A stretch of DNA of 64,000 nt from the NCBI RefSeq assembly GCF_006345805.1, contig NC_043018.1:17236001-17300000 (forward strand), written 5' to 3'. This document shows, one piece after another, positions 61,911 through 64,000 of this stretch. The DNA comes from Octopus sinensis (taxonomy: Eukaryota). Positions within the stretch are counted from its first letter, which is position 1. Each line of letters starts with the position of its first letter. Made by a program: the position numbers and the translations under genes. The notes under the pieces are model-generated. The model ran no database searches and was not told where the DNA came from. It saw only the letters and a list, made by a program, of their open reading frames with translations.

Positions 61911-62619
61911 GTTCCAAACCCGATCTCTTCAAAAAACCTTTTCCTAAATTTATTTTCTACGCTCATCACAATTCACCAACAACACGATGTCATATATTTT
62001 CATTTCAAACTTAATCAAATACTCTTTGAATATTAAAGAAGCACAGTAACTCGACTTTTGCTATATTTTAACACTTCTGATCAATGTAGTTTTAGGGATA
62101 AAAATTATCAAAATGTATAGTGATGTCCTCAAGCACTAAAAATGCCAAATAATCACATTTTAATTCAAATATATTACACTCCAACACAAACATTACATCG
62201 ATATCAAATTTCAAATAGATATTGAATATGATACAAACTTACTTCGAATATTCAATCATAAAAAATAGATCTTTTGACTCCATGCTAGCATTTAATGCCT
62301 GGAGAAAAAATTTTAAAGAAACTATTAAATTAACAAGGGTACTAGTGTATTTTTTTTAAATAATTGAATATTGATACTATTCGATTATTTATAGTGTGTC
62401 TATGAATGTCTAATAAATCGATTGCCAGAACGAGTGTTTCGAAATAATATATCGAAAATCGACCGCCACAGCAAAATTTCATTGCAAAAAATTTCTGGAA
62501 TTGGTTAATCAACAAATTTCTTTTAACTCAAACAAGAATTAGGATCTTATCTAAGTGTGTTCTCTATGTGTAGTACATACTCACACATACGCATATACAA
62601 ACCTTCATACTTTTATAAA

Positions 62620-63676
62620 CACAACTTTACATATAATATACATATATATATATACATTATATATATATATATAAATATATATATATATGTTATATATTTA
62701 TATATTTATAGACATATATATATATATACATACACATATATATATATATATACATTAACTATATATATATATATATATATACATAGACATATGTATATAT
62801 ATATACATAGACATATATGTATATACATATACATATACATACATATATATATATAATATATAATATTATATATGTGTGTCGTAGCTGTATGCATATAAGC
62901 ACGTATGAATCTCTATCAATCGATAATCGGCAACGGATTAAGTCTCACAGGGAGGGGAACGACATATCGGAAGATATATCGCAGATACTCTACTTTGATA
63001 AGTTAATACAAGATATCTCATATTCACAAAGGAATAATCGTATATTCCTTGGATGCGAAGTAAAAACGAACGAAATACCATAAAAAAGGAAAATATTAAA
63101 TACATTAAAACAGGACGAGGCAGAAAAGATAGTGAGTTTCTGTCTTCCTTTGAAACGATTTTACGCCAAATATCTCATTTTTTAGGACTCTGATAGGATG
63201 TAATTAACTTGATATGATTCTTTTTCAGAGAAAGATAGCGAAATGGAGAGAGAGAGAGAGAGAAAGAGAGGGAATATGTGTGTGTGTTTGTTTGATTCTG
63301 TATGTGTATGTAGATTAAATATTTTGTATTCTAATTTTATATCATTATAAAGAAAAAAACGTATCACTGAAACTTTAGTTTTCTAGAAATACATGTTAAA
63401 TTGATCATATCTGGAGCTTTTTTATATTTCAGTGTATTAATATTTCATGCATGTATACATGTATACGTACAGGCATACATATATACATGCATGCATTCGT
63501 TCATACATGCGTACATACACACATACACACACACACACATACATACATATATATATACATATACATGCACACATGGATACGCACATATGCAATATATTAT
63601 ATATATAATATATATATTATAAATATATATATATATATATACATATATATTATCTATATATATGTATATATAATAT

Positions 63677-63741
<65 letters not shown>

Positions 63742-63745
63742 TATA
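62620..63745. repeat. TA-rich microsatellite blocks (about 62620-62870 and 63470-63745)
   Basis: Directly visible. Confidence 0.85.
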
Positions 63746-64000
63746 TATGTATGAACGTAGTACGTAAGTGTATATGCGTAAGTGTGTGTATTCTACTAAC
63801 TTATATTTCTACTGATATTCTTTCTATTGTTACTCCTTGCCAAAATTCATAATGTGTCCACTCGTTCGAATTTAATGACAGTTTCAGTACATCGGAGAAA
63901 TCGCACCGTAGAATTATCGATTTATTCGTGATGTAGCTGTAATTGTTGCCACCACATCTGAATTAAATTGTCGTTTCATGCATACGATTTTTTGCTCCGA

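Noticed and set aside
62895-63083. Non-repetitive tail of ORF 62817-63083 (YESLSIDNRQRIKSH...)
   Set aside because: No splice signals or homology recognised; the ORF start lies in a microsatellite

Overview
AT-rich, microsatellite-dense eukaryotic DNA. The repeat content ((TA)n/(CA)n/(TACA)n/(AAT)n arrays, Nin-domain and other tRNA-SINEs, RTE, CR1, Dong/R4, Penelope-like elements) resembles an octopus/coleoid cephalopod intronic or intergenic region; this taxonomic call is my inference. I could not recognise any intact host gene, only a few low-confidence candidate exons on the + strand. Most ORFs in the supplied track are translations of microsatellites. Main structures: (1) A near-complete Neptune-type Penelope-like element (PLE; RT + GIY-YIG, 41.1-45.2 kb) with an inverted 5' pLTR, sitting in (TA)n. 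Its 3' end folds as a minimal hammerhead ribozyme (HHR) with a compensated U3-A8 core. (2) A 2.06-kb tandem duplication (38.2-42.3 kb) whose copies differ mainly by homopolymer indels, so it may be an assembly artefact. (3) A second PLE family whose pLTR carries a tRNA-like Pol III promoter just upstream of a minimal HHR. (4) Several short PLE-end derivatives with intact or variant HHR cores. (5) A full-length 5S rRNA-derived head fused to the same 3' tail used by a local tRNA-SINE family (SINE3-like, 53319-53508). (6) A Tc1/mariner MITE, a non-autonomous Helitron, tandem and nested SINEs, and unusually long flanking direct repeats. All calls come from manual reading and translation; no database searches or folding programs were run, and many boundaries are approximate.
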